NCBI RefSeq assembly: GCF_001194135.2 | Contig: NC_068986.1 | Coordinates: 21,013,500 to 21,077,499, forward strand | Length of the DNA stretch: 64,000 nt | Reading direction: 5' to 3' | From: Octopus bimaculoides | Taxonomy: Eukaryota | Made by a program: the position numbers and the translations under genes | Shown here: piece by piece, positions 50,790 through 61,789 of the stretch | Numbering within the stretch: the stretch's first letter is position 1 | Layout: each line of letters opens with the position of its first letter | Notes under the pieces: generated by a model | The model's database searches: none | What the model was told of the DNA's origin: nothing | The model's input: only the letters and a program-made list of their open reading frames with translations

Positions 50790-52219
50790 CTTCTCTTTAT
50801 AAATGTTCTGAAAACTATTCACAGCCTTAGCTTTTTTTAATCTCATTCTGTTTATATAGAACGTCGATTACACCTACGTTTAGAGAACGAGTGCTGCTGT
50901 TACATACACGCTAGGGAATATGACTGGGTTAAGGGAACCTACACAACTGGACTCTTCTTAGACTGTATATAAGGATTGTATGACTATTAATTAATTGTCA
51001 GTTCGTGTATTATTACTAGAATCTACTTTCTTAAATTCATTTACTTATCTTCTGTTATAATATCCGTACCTGGGTTAAGTGCTGAAGGACAGTAGTTAGC
51101 TCTCAGTGGAGCCATGTTTACGATTCTAATTTGATTTTCATTTGTAGTGATTATAACTGACTTGATATTGAGAAAGGAATAAACATCTCAACTCTTGTAT
51201 AACTTTTAAATTTTTGCCTCTCGACAAAAGAGACCTCGATAAGGGGCGAATATTGATTAAGGCTGTTTGTCATTTTTTTCTTTTCAGTTTACGGTGCAAT
51301 AGATAGTATAATCATGTTTGTATATCTGCTACGTAGATTTACATATTTGATACCGTGAGACTGTGTGGTCTTCGTTGACGGGATGCTCATATTAAATAAT
51401 AGTGCATGGCCCTGTTACGGGTCCTAATATGCCCACGAGTTTGCATTTATACATATTACTACTTATCGCTTCTATTCTGTATTCACAGAGAGAATTAATA
51501 TCATAAAAGAACCAATTTATGTGTTAGAAAGAAGAACAATATTGGCAAAGGTGAATATATCAAGATGAAGTGAACGAAAGATGGGGAAAACTAACGTATG
51601 GAGTACAAAGTTTCACAGGATATTGTGTATACCCTGTCATATAACTTAAGACATAAAGAAACTAATTTCCATGTTTAGGGAATCAGACGAGAAGATTTTT
51701 TGGCTTTTGCTTTTTCGGAAAAGAGTAGGATGTTTTATTTTGTTCTTGGCGAAAGATGAAACCAAATTTTGTCAAGGTTTGGCGGACATGTTGAAAAGCT
51801 AACCGGATATCTCCTTTTCGTTGTATTTGAATATAAAACCAATCAATTATCGCCTAAACGAGCTTCGGTGATGCCAACTTGTTAGATAGACTTATAATGA
51901 CTTAAGTTTTAAGTTACCTCACCAACTATGGCAGCTGTACCTTGAGTATTTTACAGAGAAACCCTATCAAGACACAAAGTTAATTCCCGGTCTGGCATTG
52001 AGAATGGGGGATCTTGTCGGTGATAGGTGTTGGGGGTTGTTTGAGTGGGCGTTGTCCATGATTGGGTAAAAGGGGTGTAAGGAGAGAAGGATGTTTTTGT
52101 CAATAGTGTTGTGGCTTTTGCCGATTTTATTATTTTTACTCATTGCGGCTGACGAGGGCCGTGTTGTTGTTGTTGTAATAGCCGCTGTTGTTATTACAAA
52201 CTGATTGTATTATTGAATA

Positions 52220-52468
52220 GCGACTAGCTAACAGAATCGTTATCGCACCGGACAGAATGCTTAGCGGTATTTCGTCCGTCTTTATATTCTGAGTTCAAAT
52301 TCCGCCGATGCTCACTTTGCTTTTCATCCTTCCGGGGTCGATAAAACAAGTAGCAGTTGTGGACTAGGGTCGATGTAATTGACTAGCCACTCCCCCCGAA
52401 ATTTCAAGCCTTGTGTATTTGTTACACCATTAGAAAGAATCATTATTATTATTATTATTATTATTATT
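52220..52468 (+). mobile_element. SINE family M, full length with (ATT)n tail
   Basis: Head, B box GAGTTCAAATTCC, central domain and tail. Confidence 0.85.
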
Positions 52469-52484
52469 ACATTTTGCTTCTAGG

Positions 52485-52868
52485 CACAAACGTGGCGATG
52501 TGGCAAGAAGTTTACTTCCCAACCACATAATTCCGGGTTCAATCCTACTGTGAAGCACAATGGGCAAGTTCTATAGCCTCAGGCCGAGCCGACCAAGGCC
52601 TTGTAAGTGGATTTGGTAGACGAAAACTGAAAGAAGTTCGTCGTGTGTGTCAGTGTCAGCTTTTGTCTTCCATCACCGCTTGACAACCGGTGTTGGTGCG
52701 TTTACACTTCCGTAACTTAGCGGCTCAGCAAAAGAGCTTGATAGAATAAGTACTAGGCTTTTAATTAAAAAAATAAATAAATACAGGGGTCGATTCATTC
52801 GACTAAAGATTCTTCAAGGCGGCGCCCCAGCATGGCCGCAGTCAAATCACTGAAACAAGTAAAAGATT
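52485..52868 (+). mobile_element. SINE family C, full length
   Basis: Head through tail CCCCAGCATGGCCGCAGTCAAATCACTGAAACAAGTAAAAGA. Confidence 0.85.
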
Positions 52869-53324
52869 AGCAGTTCCAATTCCTTTGTGTTACCGTTTCA
52901 CTTTTGGTTTATTTGTTGTTGCAGTCACTTTCTACTTATAGCAAAAGAATTCCAACCGTGACTGTTCGCACTGAGATATAGTGTGACTTGGACAACATTA
53001 ACTGTGTCGATCCGATTTTTAAGATTGTACCGTGTGATTTGTAAGAGATTTGGCTGCTATTTTTAGCAGTTCCAGAAATCATGCAGAAGCTCCTTCATTA
53101 GCGATTATTTTTGCTGTTGTTGTTGTCTTTGTTGTTGTTTAGCCCCAGGCAACTCTGACCGTACAAGTCTAGAATCAAAGGCTTTCCAGCCGTAACCATC
53201 GTGTCCATTCTAGGTCTATCTCCAATTAGACTGGACTGTGTAATGTGTCTTTGCGATTTGGGGGAAGATAGGGTGTTATAACAATTTGGATTGGCTGATA
53301 TTTCTAAAAGGTCAAGTTCACTTA

Positions 53325-53512
53325 TTCGTGGTGGTGGTGGTGGTGGTGGCGGTGGTGGTTTTATGCATCGTTATGTCCGGGATCATCAACATCATCATCA
53401 CCATTATCATCATTATCACAGCGCCATCATCATTATCATCACCACCACTGTTATCATCATCACATTCATCATCATTATCACAGCCACCACCACCACCACC
53501 ACTATCATCACA

Positions 53513-53543
<31 letters not shown>

Positions 53544-54700
53544 CAGCCCCACCATCATCATCATCACAGCCCCACCATCATCATCATCACAGCCCCACCA
53601 TCATCNNNNNNNNNNNNNNNNNNNNNNNNNNNNNNNNNNNNNNNNNNNNNNNNNNNNNNNNNNNNNNNNNNNNNNNNNNNNNNNNNNNNNNNNNNNNNNN
53701 NNNNNNNNNNNNNNNNNNNNNNNNNNNNNNNNNNNNNNNNNNNNNNNNNNNNNNNNNNNNNNNNNNNNNNNNNNNNNNNNNNNNNNNNNNNNNNNNNNNN
53801 NNNNNNNNNNNNNNNNNNNNNNNNNNNNNNNNNNNNNNNNNNNNNNNNNNNNNNNNNNNNNNNNNNNNNNNNNNNNNNNNNNNNNNNNNNNNNNNNNNNN
53901 NNNNNNNNNNNNNNNNNNNNNNNNNNNNNNNNNNNNNNNNNNNNNNNNNNNNNNNNNNNNNNNNNNNNNNNNNNNNNNNNNNNNNNNNNNNNNNNNNNNN
54001 NNNNNNNNNNNNNNNNNNNNNNNNNNNNNNNNNNNNNNNNNNNNNNNNNNNNNNNNNNNNNNNNNNNNNNNNNNNNNNNNNNNNNNNNNNNNNNNNNNNN
54101 NNNNNNNNNNNNNNNNNNNNNNNNNNNNNNNNNNNNNNNNNNNNNNNNNNNNTCATCATCATCATCATCATCATCACCATCATCGATTTTATTCTAGATG
54201 TTGTTGACGTTGGGAGTGGTGTGGCGGTGGCAGTGAGGTGGTGGTGGCTATCGTTTTCCCTGTTCTAGTTGTTGCTGCACTGGTCGCTCTTGTCATCATT
54301 GTTGTTACTACTGAGTTGATGATGGTAGTGATGGTGATGGTGCTGAAATACGGCGGTGCAAAGAGCAATGGTGGTGGGGGGTACTGGTGGTGCTGCTACT
54401 ACTGGCAGTAGTGTTGGTAGTAGCTGGTGGTGGTCGTGGTCGTTGTCGTCATCGTGCTACTGCTGGTACCGGCGGCAACGACGACGGTGGTGGTGCTGTT
54501 GATGGTAGTGTCGGTGGTGATGGTGGGAGTGGTGATTCTAGTGGTGGTGGTGGTGCTGATGGTGCAGGTGGAGGCGGTAGTACCAGTGGTACTAATCATC
54601 ATCTTTCCACTCATTATCATAACTGTTGTTCCTATTACCACCACCACCACCATCACTACTACTATTACTACTACTACCATTACTACTATCGATGCTTTGG
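53325..54700. repeat. Triplet-repeat block (GGT, CAT, CAC, TAC) around an N-gap
   Basis: Includes CACAGCCCCACCATCATCAT units at about 53543-53605. Confidence 0.9.
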
Positions 54701-55390
54701 CAACTTGACAGACAGAAGACCTCATTAGGTGAGAGCCGTCTCTTATGACGTGATCATCGGAATGAGCTTCACTGAGTCGACGCCATTAAACAGCCATAAA
54801 CTTGACAACCTCCGTATATTGTAAAGCAAAGTTTTTCCACCTTAACTTCTAAACCAGAGCCAGCCTCCCCCCTCTCTCTCTCTCTCTCTCTTTTTCTCTC
54901 TCTCTATCTATCTATCTCTCTATCTATCTATCTATCTATCTATGTATCTCCCTCTCTCCTCTTTCTTTTACTCTTTCTCTTACTCGAAACGCCCATATAT
55001 TAGTGAAACAGAGCCGTGACACTGTATGCCCTCTGCGGGACGTTGATGTACTTGTATTTCTCTGATATGTATGTATGTATATATGTATACATACATATAA
55101 ATATATATACGTATGTATATTTATGTATATATGTATATCTGTATATATGTACACATATATATGTATGTATATATATATATGTATATATGCATATACATAT
55201 ATAGATGTATGTATATATGTATACATATGAATGCATGTATATATATATATGCATGTGTGTATGTGTGTGTATATATATATATAACATGTGTGTGCGTGTG
55301 TATGCGTATGCATGTATGTATGCATATATATATATGTATGTGTGTATGTGTATGCATGTATGTATGCATATGTGTGCGTGTGTATGTGTA

Positions 55391-55462
<72 letters not shown>

Positions 55463-55677
55463 TATGTATATCAGTGGAGGGGTACCCTCCGCATTCACTA
55501 ATATTATTTCAATAGAACTTCAATTCAATTTATTGTTACTGTGTCAGAATACTACGTAAAAGTAGACGGCATGTCGAGCTTATGCAATAAAATCAACAGT
55601 AGCAGCAATCAAGCTATTTATACAAGCATCAACTATATAACAATTATAGTAACATGAACACATTAAATACATCTTTT

Positions 55678-56410
55678 CTTTAACTTGCTTCAGTCATTGG
55701 ACTGCGACCATGCTGGGGCACCACCTTGAAAGGTTTTAATCGAACAAATCGACCCTATGTGCTCCTTTTAAAAAATGAAATTAAATTTTCTCGTTCTTTT
55801 TTCTTTTGCCGAACTGCTAATTTACCGCATGCTTTGGTGGTTAGAGCATTGGGCTCACAATCATGAGGTAGTGAGGTCGATTCTTGGACCGGGCTGTGTG
55901 TTGTGTTCTTGAGCAAGACACTTTATTTCGTGTTGTTCCAGTTCACTCAGCTGTAGAAATGAGTTGTGACGTCACTGGTGCCAAGCTGTATCGGCCTTTG
56001 TGCCTTTCCCTTGAATAATATCAGTGGTGCGGAGAGGAGAGGTTGGTATGCATGGGGCAACTTCTGGTCTTCCATAAACAACCTTGCCGGACTTGTGCCT
56101 CGGAGAGGAACTTTCTAGGTGCAATGCCATGGTCATTCGATACCTGAATGGGGTCTTTTTACTTTACGAAGACGTAAACAAATCAAACCCGATCGTTAAA
56201 AGGTTATGTTGGGGTGACAAATACAGGCATAAACAACCCTACCCACACACATACGATGGGCTTCCACACTGTTTCCTTCTACCTTATTCACTCACAAGGC
56301 ATCGGTCGCTCCGGGGCTATAACAGAAGACGCCTACCCAATGTGCCGCGCGGTGGCATTGTACACGAAACCCACAAGCTTCTTGACCTTACAGCCATGGA
56401 TGCACCTAAT
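55678..56410. mobile_element. Minus-strand family C SINE interrupted by a plus-strand family K SINE (55828-56158)
   Basis: C halves at 55678-55825 and 56160-56410. K head TGGTGGTTAGAGC...GGTCGATTC and CORE-like GTGTTCTTGAGCAAGACACTTT. Confidence 0.8.
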
Positions 56411-56762
56411 ACACACATATATACATTATACACACATATAAACATACATACATTACACACACATATATACATTACACACACATACATACATATATACATT
56501 ACACGCACACATACATTTCACACACACATCCATACATGCATATATACATTACACACACATACACACACTTACATACGTACATACATACACACATACACAC
56601 ACACATTCATACAACACACACATTCATACAACACACATACATACATACATACACACACATACATTCATGCATACATTACACATTCATGCATACATTACAC
56701 ATACATACATACTTACACTCATACATACATACATACACACAAAGATACACATACACACACAC

Positions 56763-56793
<31 letters not shown>

Positions 56794-57440
56794 CATACAC
56801 ACATACACACACACATACATACATACATACATACACACATACATACACGCACACATACATACATACATACACATGTACATACAATATAATATGATATAAC
56901 GTAATACGTACTCTCATTATTAGCGAAGAACTGTGCCAAGTTATCCGCGACCTAAGTGTACCTGAACAACCTGGCGTTGTGGTGACTAGCATATTAAATG
57001 ACGTTGGATGCTTTTATAAATAATAGTCCAGGTTGACTTCTTAAACGAACTGCAATAAAATGCCTATAACAACTTGTATGTTTCTCATTATCCACTGCAC
57101 GGACCAATCGATCACAGATGGAATTCTCATGCCCTCCACCCTCTGTTATTCAGTAGTTCAAGGGGTCTTTTTTACGTATTTACCGACATTAGCTTTAACT
57201 TGATGAACATTATCAGTGTGATTAATTTCATCTTCAGTATTATATCGCAGTATCGTTAAGCGAGATAATGATATTCGATGGTGATGCCCTGTTAATATCT
57301 TATTTGCGAATAGCAAATTAAAAGCAACTGAAAAGCCGCGCTTAACTCGTCCAGCACATGGTCTCCAACAAAAAAATTATTACAGATTGCATATCGCCAT
57401 ACTTCACCTCCGTTCCTGGGTGAAACAGAGGCGAAGACGT

Positions 57441-57645
57441 TATACGTTTCTTGGCGAAAACTGGGTATAATTTCTAAGCGAAACATATGTAAAGACTACT
57501 CTCCTGTGTACGCTCCTGGCTGAAGCAATAGTGAAAACTACCCTCTGTTATACATTTCTAAGCGAACTCTGTGTAAAAAGTACCATCCGCTATACGTTTC
57601 TAGGCAAAATAGGAGTAAATACTATCTTTGCCTATATGCTCATTA
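57441..57645. repeat. Degenerate 42-bp minisatellite, about 5 units
   Basis: TATAC(G/A)TTTCT-like starts at 57441, 57466, 57507, 57549, 57591 and 57633 (spacings 25, 41, 42, 42, 42). Confidence 0.75.
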
Positions 57646-58873
57646 ACGGAATGGAGGTATCACACTTGATAACTTTACAGTGCTATTAGTTGTTTCTAGT
57701 TGTTCTGGTGACTGAGCGATCAATTTTTACTTCACCTGATTGAGCATTCTGACTTCATTATTAGCTGGATTTGAGGGTTCAAAAGAAGAGATATTCAAAC
57801 TTTAAAAATTCATTACTAACTGAACGCCATCTTATTCAGATGGACGCCGTGTTGATTGTAAACAGCGTAATTAATTGATCTAGATTTCAGTGATACTCAT
57901 ATAATATACCAATTTTACGACAGGACAGAAGAAAATCGTTTATAACAGACTCGTTGACTTTCTCTTATTTACATTTATATTTTGGAACCAAGATTATAAA
58001 AATTCTTAGATTCGATACCCACATGACTGGTCGGTAAATCGATTTATTTTATTCGATTGTCTTACCAATAATTTGAATAACTTGACGCTTACGAACTGCG
58101 AAAAGAGATGCAAGTCGCAAAGCTCTTTGTAACATCACAAATTTTGTTGAATTTTAACTTCATTTTAAAAATTTTGTTGAATAATTTTTGGGTTTCTTTT
58201 TTCTCGTAACTCTTATGTCTTTTGCAATGTTTTGTTATTTAATTTTCCCTTTTTCGTTGGATTCTTCATGAAAATATTGGCAGCAGCTAAATTATCTCAT
58301 TGTCAATATTTTATTTCTGATATATAAAGAAAAAAGGAGCTATTTTTTTTTTCCTAAACCAACCAAACTTCTAAACTAATAATCAAATAACTTAACGCGT
58401 TTGTCTTTCAGTTGTTTGCTTCTTCATATTTATGTAAAACGGAGCTCAAACAGGAGCCTATCGACTAACTTCTTTAAATAAAAGCAAAACTTCGGATGTC
58501 AAAGGAGACAAGTCATGTCTGAAGGTGTTAGCTGTGGGAGAAAAGCTCCTATTTAAATCCTATCTCTAAATAAGGAGATGACTTAAAGAAATATTGATTT
58601 TTGTTGTCGCTGTTGTTGTTGCTGTTTCTGCTGCTACTGTCGTTGCTGTTGTTGTTGTTGTTGTTTACATCTTGTTGATTTCAGGTGATATATTTTTCTT
58701 AGAATTGATTTCGATGGAGTCGATATTTTTTATTGTTGGTTTTTAATCATTTGGAAACTTCGATGAGTTAAAGAAATTGGTAGATCCAATCACACTGGTT
58801 CGCTGCCTCTGTTTCAGCAGTCTCTCCACCTAAACATATGGATATACATGTATACATACATATTTATACGTTT

Positions 58874-58918
<45 letters not shown>

Positions 58919-58972
58919 ATGTATATGTGTGTGCGTGTGTGTTTACATATATATAGGTATCTTTCTCTCTCT

Positions 58973-59009
<37 letters not shown>

Positions 59010-59593
59010 GCGCGCGCGCGAAATAATAGGATTAAAATGGATCGGAAAACAAAGCCCAGTATTTAAAGGAAGGTTGTATTGTATTGGACAATCTTGTAAA
59101 AATGGAATGGTTTCATGAGAAATAGAGCATGATGTGTTTTGTCGTTGTCTGTAGTTGTTTGATATTGTGAGTGTTGCTACGTTAAAGCTGGAACAACAGC
59201 GAAAAACAAGGGAAAGATTAGAGAGAAAGAGACATAACAAACCACATGTTACGGTGCTCCGATTTTCATTTTTTCTTTCCTTATTCAACTAAACAAACAT
59301 GTTTATTTCTCAGTATTGATTTATGATATATATAGGCACAAGGCCTCAATTCTAGCAGATGGGTATTGTTGATAAAATACATAAGTACCAGTGTTTGGCT
59401 TATGTTTCTTTCATCGACCGCGATCTCTGCGGGATTTCAACTTAGATTGTACGTGGTCAAAACTAAATGCTGCAAGGTATTTCGTACGTCGTTCTAATGA
59501 CTCTGTTATTTCATATCCTTGTGAATTTGCTTTTCCCTGTTTTTTTTTTCTTCTTAATAATTAGCAAGAATAAAGCAGTGATCTAGCAGTGAT

Positions 59594-59806
59594 CTAGTGA
59601 CCTGAATAATAATAATAATAAAAATAACATCGAAAAATACCTTAGGAATGAGAACCCAGGTTCGAAATTTCCTCAAAATACCTGATGAAGGCTGGAGAGT
59701 ATATCAGCCGAAACGTTGTGTTAACAACAAACGAGATGAGGACAAATATCCGTCAAATATAAAAAAATGTGCATAATTCCTCATCTCTTAAATATACAAC
59801 TGTATA
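59594..59806 (+). mobile_element. SINE family H, 5'-truncated copy lacking the tRNA head
   Basis: GTGACCTG-(AAT)n-CATCGAAAAATACCTTAGGAATGAGAACCCAGGTTCGAAATTT-HHR-tail. The tail has a 10-bp stem GAGATGAGGA(59733-59742)/TCCTCATCTC(59778-59787). Confidence 0.85.
59677..59722 (+). ncRNA. Minimal type I hammerhead ribozyme, intact core, in SINE family H
   Basis: AATAC-CTGATGA-A-GGCTG(gagagtatat)CAGCC-GAAAC-GTT/GTGTT. Predicted cut between 59717 and 59718. Confidence 0.8.
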
Positions 59807-60307
59807 ACCAACATATTGATTTAAATTTTAATTGCATCAAATTTTATCTAACTTCAGAAACGTCGATCAGAAGGCATTAGACATATTTCATTCAAATTCA
59901 TTAACGATAAAAACAAAACAAAACAAAAATATATATTCTCTCCGTCATTTGTTTTCAAATTTCTCAACTGAAAGGACAAAGGATAAAAAAAAAAGTGAAA
60001 GTGATTCATTAATATTTAGAAATTTAACGAAATTTATGTCCTTTTCAGTTCTATTTTTTAATTACTTTAATCTCCTCAAAAGTTAAAATCGCACATTTCT
60101 TTTATCGTCTGTTATGAAAGCAAGTCTCTTAACTAATGCACGGAAGAATATATCGGTGATCACACCTCATAAGAGCGTGAAATGACATTCACAATAACCA
60201 GAGACTTACTTTGCCAGGAGAAGCGGGTGTGGGGTAGGGGGATAGCAAAGTTTTTAGAAATAAGAAATTATATAACGATTTGTCTGTAGTGAATCTCTAA
60301 AGCGTAA

Positions 60308-60422
60308 CTTTGTCCTCATCTTGTTTGTTGTTAACACGTTTCGGCTGATATACCTTCCAGCCTTCATCAGGTATCTTGGGGAAATTTCGAACCTGGGTTT
60401 TCATTCCTAAGGTATTTTTCGA

Positions 60423-60460
<38 letters not shown>

Positions 60461-60525
60461 TCACTGCCTGGAATCGAACTCGGGATCTTGGGGTTAGTAG
60501 CTCGCGCTCTTAACCACTACACCAG
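60308..60525 (-). mobile_element. SINE family H, copy with complete tRNA-like head
   Basis: Minus-strand head TGGTGTAGTGGTTAAGAGCGCGAGCTACTAACCCCAAGATCCCGAGTTCGATTCCAGGCAGTGACCTG with clear A and B boxes, then (AAT)n and the same body as the other two copies. Confidence 0.85.
60333..60375 (-). ncRNA. Hammerhead relic in SINE family H, cleavage triplet deleted
   Basis: Minus strand: GATAC-CTGATGA-A-GGCTG(gaaggtatat)CAGCC-GAAAC-GTGTT. A 3-nt deletion relative to the other two copies removes GTT. Confidence 0.7.
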
Positions 60526-60833
60526 ATTGTTCAACAAGAAATTGCGGAATCCTCATCTATCGTTTACAACAGGAGAGTTCACTATTTATTACATGTAACA
60601 ATCAGCCAGTCTTTGTGAAATCTTAACGATTCACAATATAACGATTGGTTAATATAAGTTGCTGCTTATATTGACCAATCACAGTGCAATACTCATCCCT
60701 TAATCTAACGTAACAATTGTTTACAACGTTCTTAATATACAAATGTAATTGCTAATATAATCCTCTCCAACAGATTTCCATTTGTTTGTTTATTCATTCA
60801 TTTCAAAAATACTAACCTTCAGCTTATCTCAAT

Positions 60834-60882
60834 ACCCTCTGAAGATGTCCATATGCGTGGCCGAAAACTCTGTTTCTATTTC
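60834..60882 (+). ncRNA. Degenerate hammerhead at a probable Penelope-like terminus
   Basis: CTGAAGA(60839-60845)-t-GTCCA(tatgcg)TGGCC-GAAAAC-TCT-GTT. Stem II has 4 of 5 pairs; stem I is not recoverable. Confidence 0.4.
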
Positions 60883-61758
60883 CACTTCTCTTGCAACAAT
60901 AAGAATTTAATATCTATTTTTCATAGCAAAATTTCCGTTTGAGTAAATGAGCCGCTCGACATTGATTCAATTTGCTAAATTCGTCATCGACAAACAATAT
61001 TTTTGTTTTGCTGTACATCTGAATATCATTTAGTTTATATTATTCTAAACATGAAATCTCCTTATCTAAATATTACGCAGATGGTATCCAAGACAAATTT
61101 AGTATGTCAATAAGATATTTAAGTCACAAGCGTCGGAGTTTTTCGGTTGTACTACGGCACGTTACGAAGAAATTAAGTCTCTTCGAAGAAGCCTTTACAA
61201 AATGATGACACACATTCAGTATTGTCTTCCATATATGTTGATGTAAATTATATTGGAAAGCGAATAATTTTTGGTCGTACGACAGTTGTTTAATGTACTA
61301 ACTGCTCAAAATATTCATTTACCAACATAATTAAGTTGGTTAATGGCATTCTAGATGCTTACTTAGCTAATAACAGAGGTTTTAATTATTTGTTTAATAA
61401 ACATGTTTTATTGATTTTAATCATTTACTGCTTTTTGTCATTCAGCACCGCTCTCAAAGGTTTTACTTAAATGTATGGACAGCAATACTTATTTCTGTTT
61501 GGTACTTATTTTAGTGAGGTTGGGCCACACAGTTACGGTCAATAAAGGGAGATAACATGAACAAAACTGATTTTTAGACCGGTGTGAACATAAATACGGT
61601 GACAAACACATATATGTATACATGCAATATACTTCCGCAGTGGAAACGGAATGAACTCGGAATAACATCACATCACTTCAAAGCAAATTCCTTAGAATTT
61701 TTCTCAGGCATACCTATACGTGTGTATATATGCGTATGTATGTATATATATATATATG

Positions 61759-61789
<31 letters not shown>

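Noticed and set aside
52149-52160. CTGACGAGGGCC half-hammerhead
   Set aside because: No GAAA or second stem II strand follows; the sequence runs into (GTT)n.
53286-54728. His-, Ser-, Gly- and Thr-rich ORFs
   Set aside because: Triplet repeats leave several frames open on both strands, and there is no unique domain or splice context.
54740-54780. CRE-like TGACGTGA and other short transcription-factor motifs (E-boxes at about 5576 and 43154)
   Set aside because: Motifs of 6-9 bp are expected by chance in 64 kb and there is no supporting promoter evidence.
60455-60525. SINE heads as tRNA genes (also at 36600-36679 and others)
   Set aside because: A and B boxes are present but there is no complete cloverleaf or terminator, and each continues into a SINE body.
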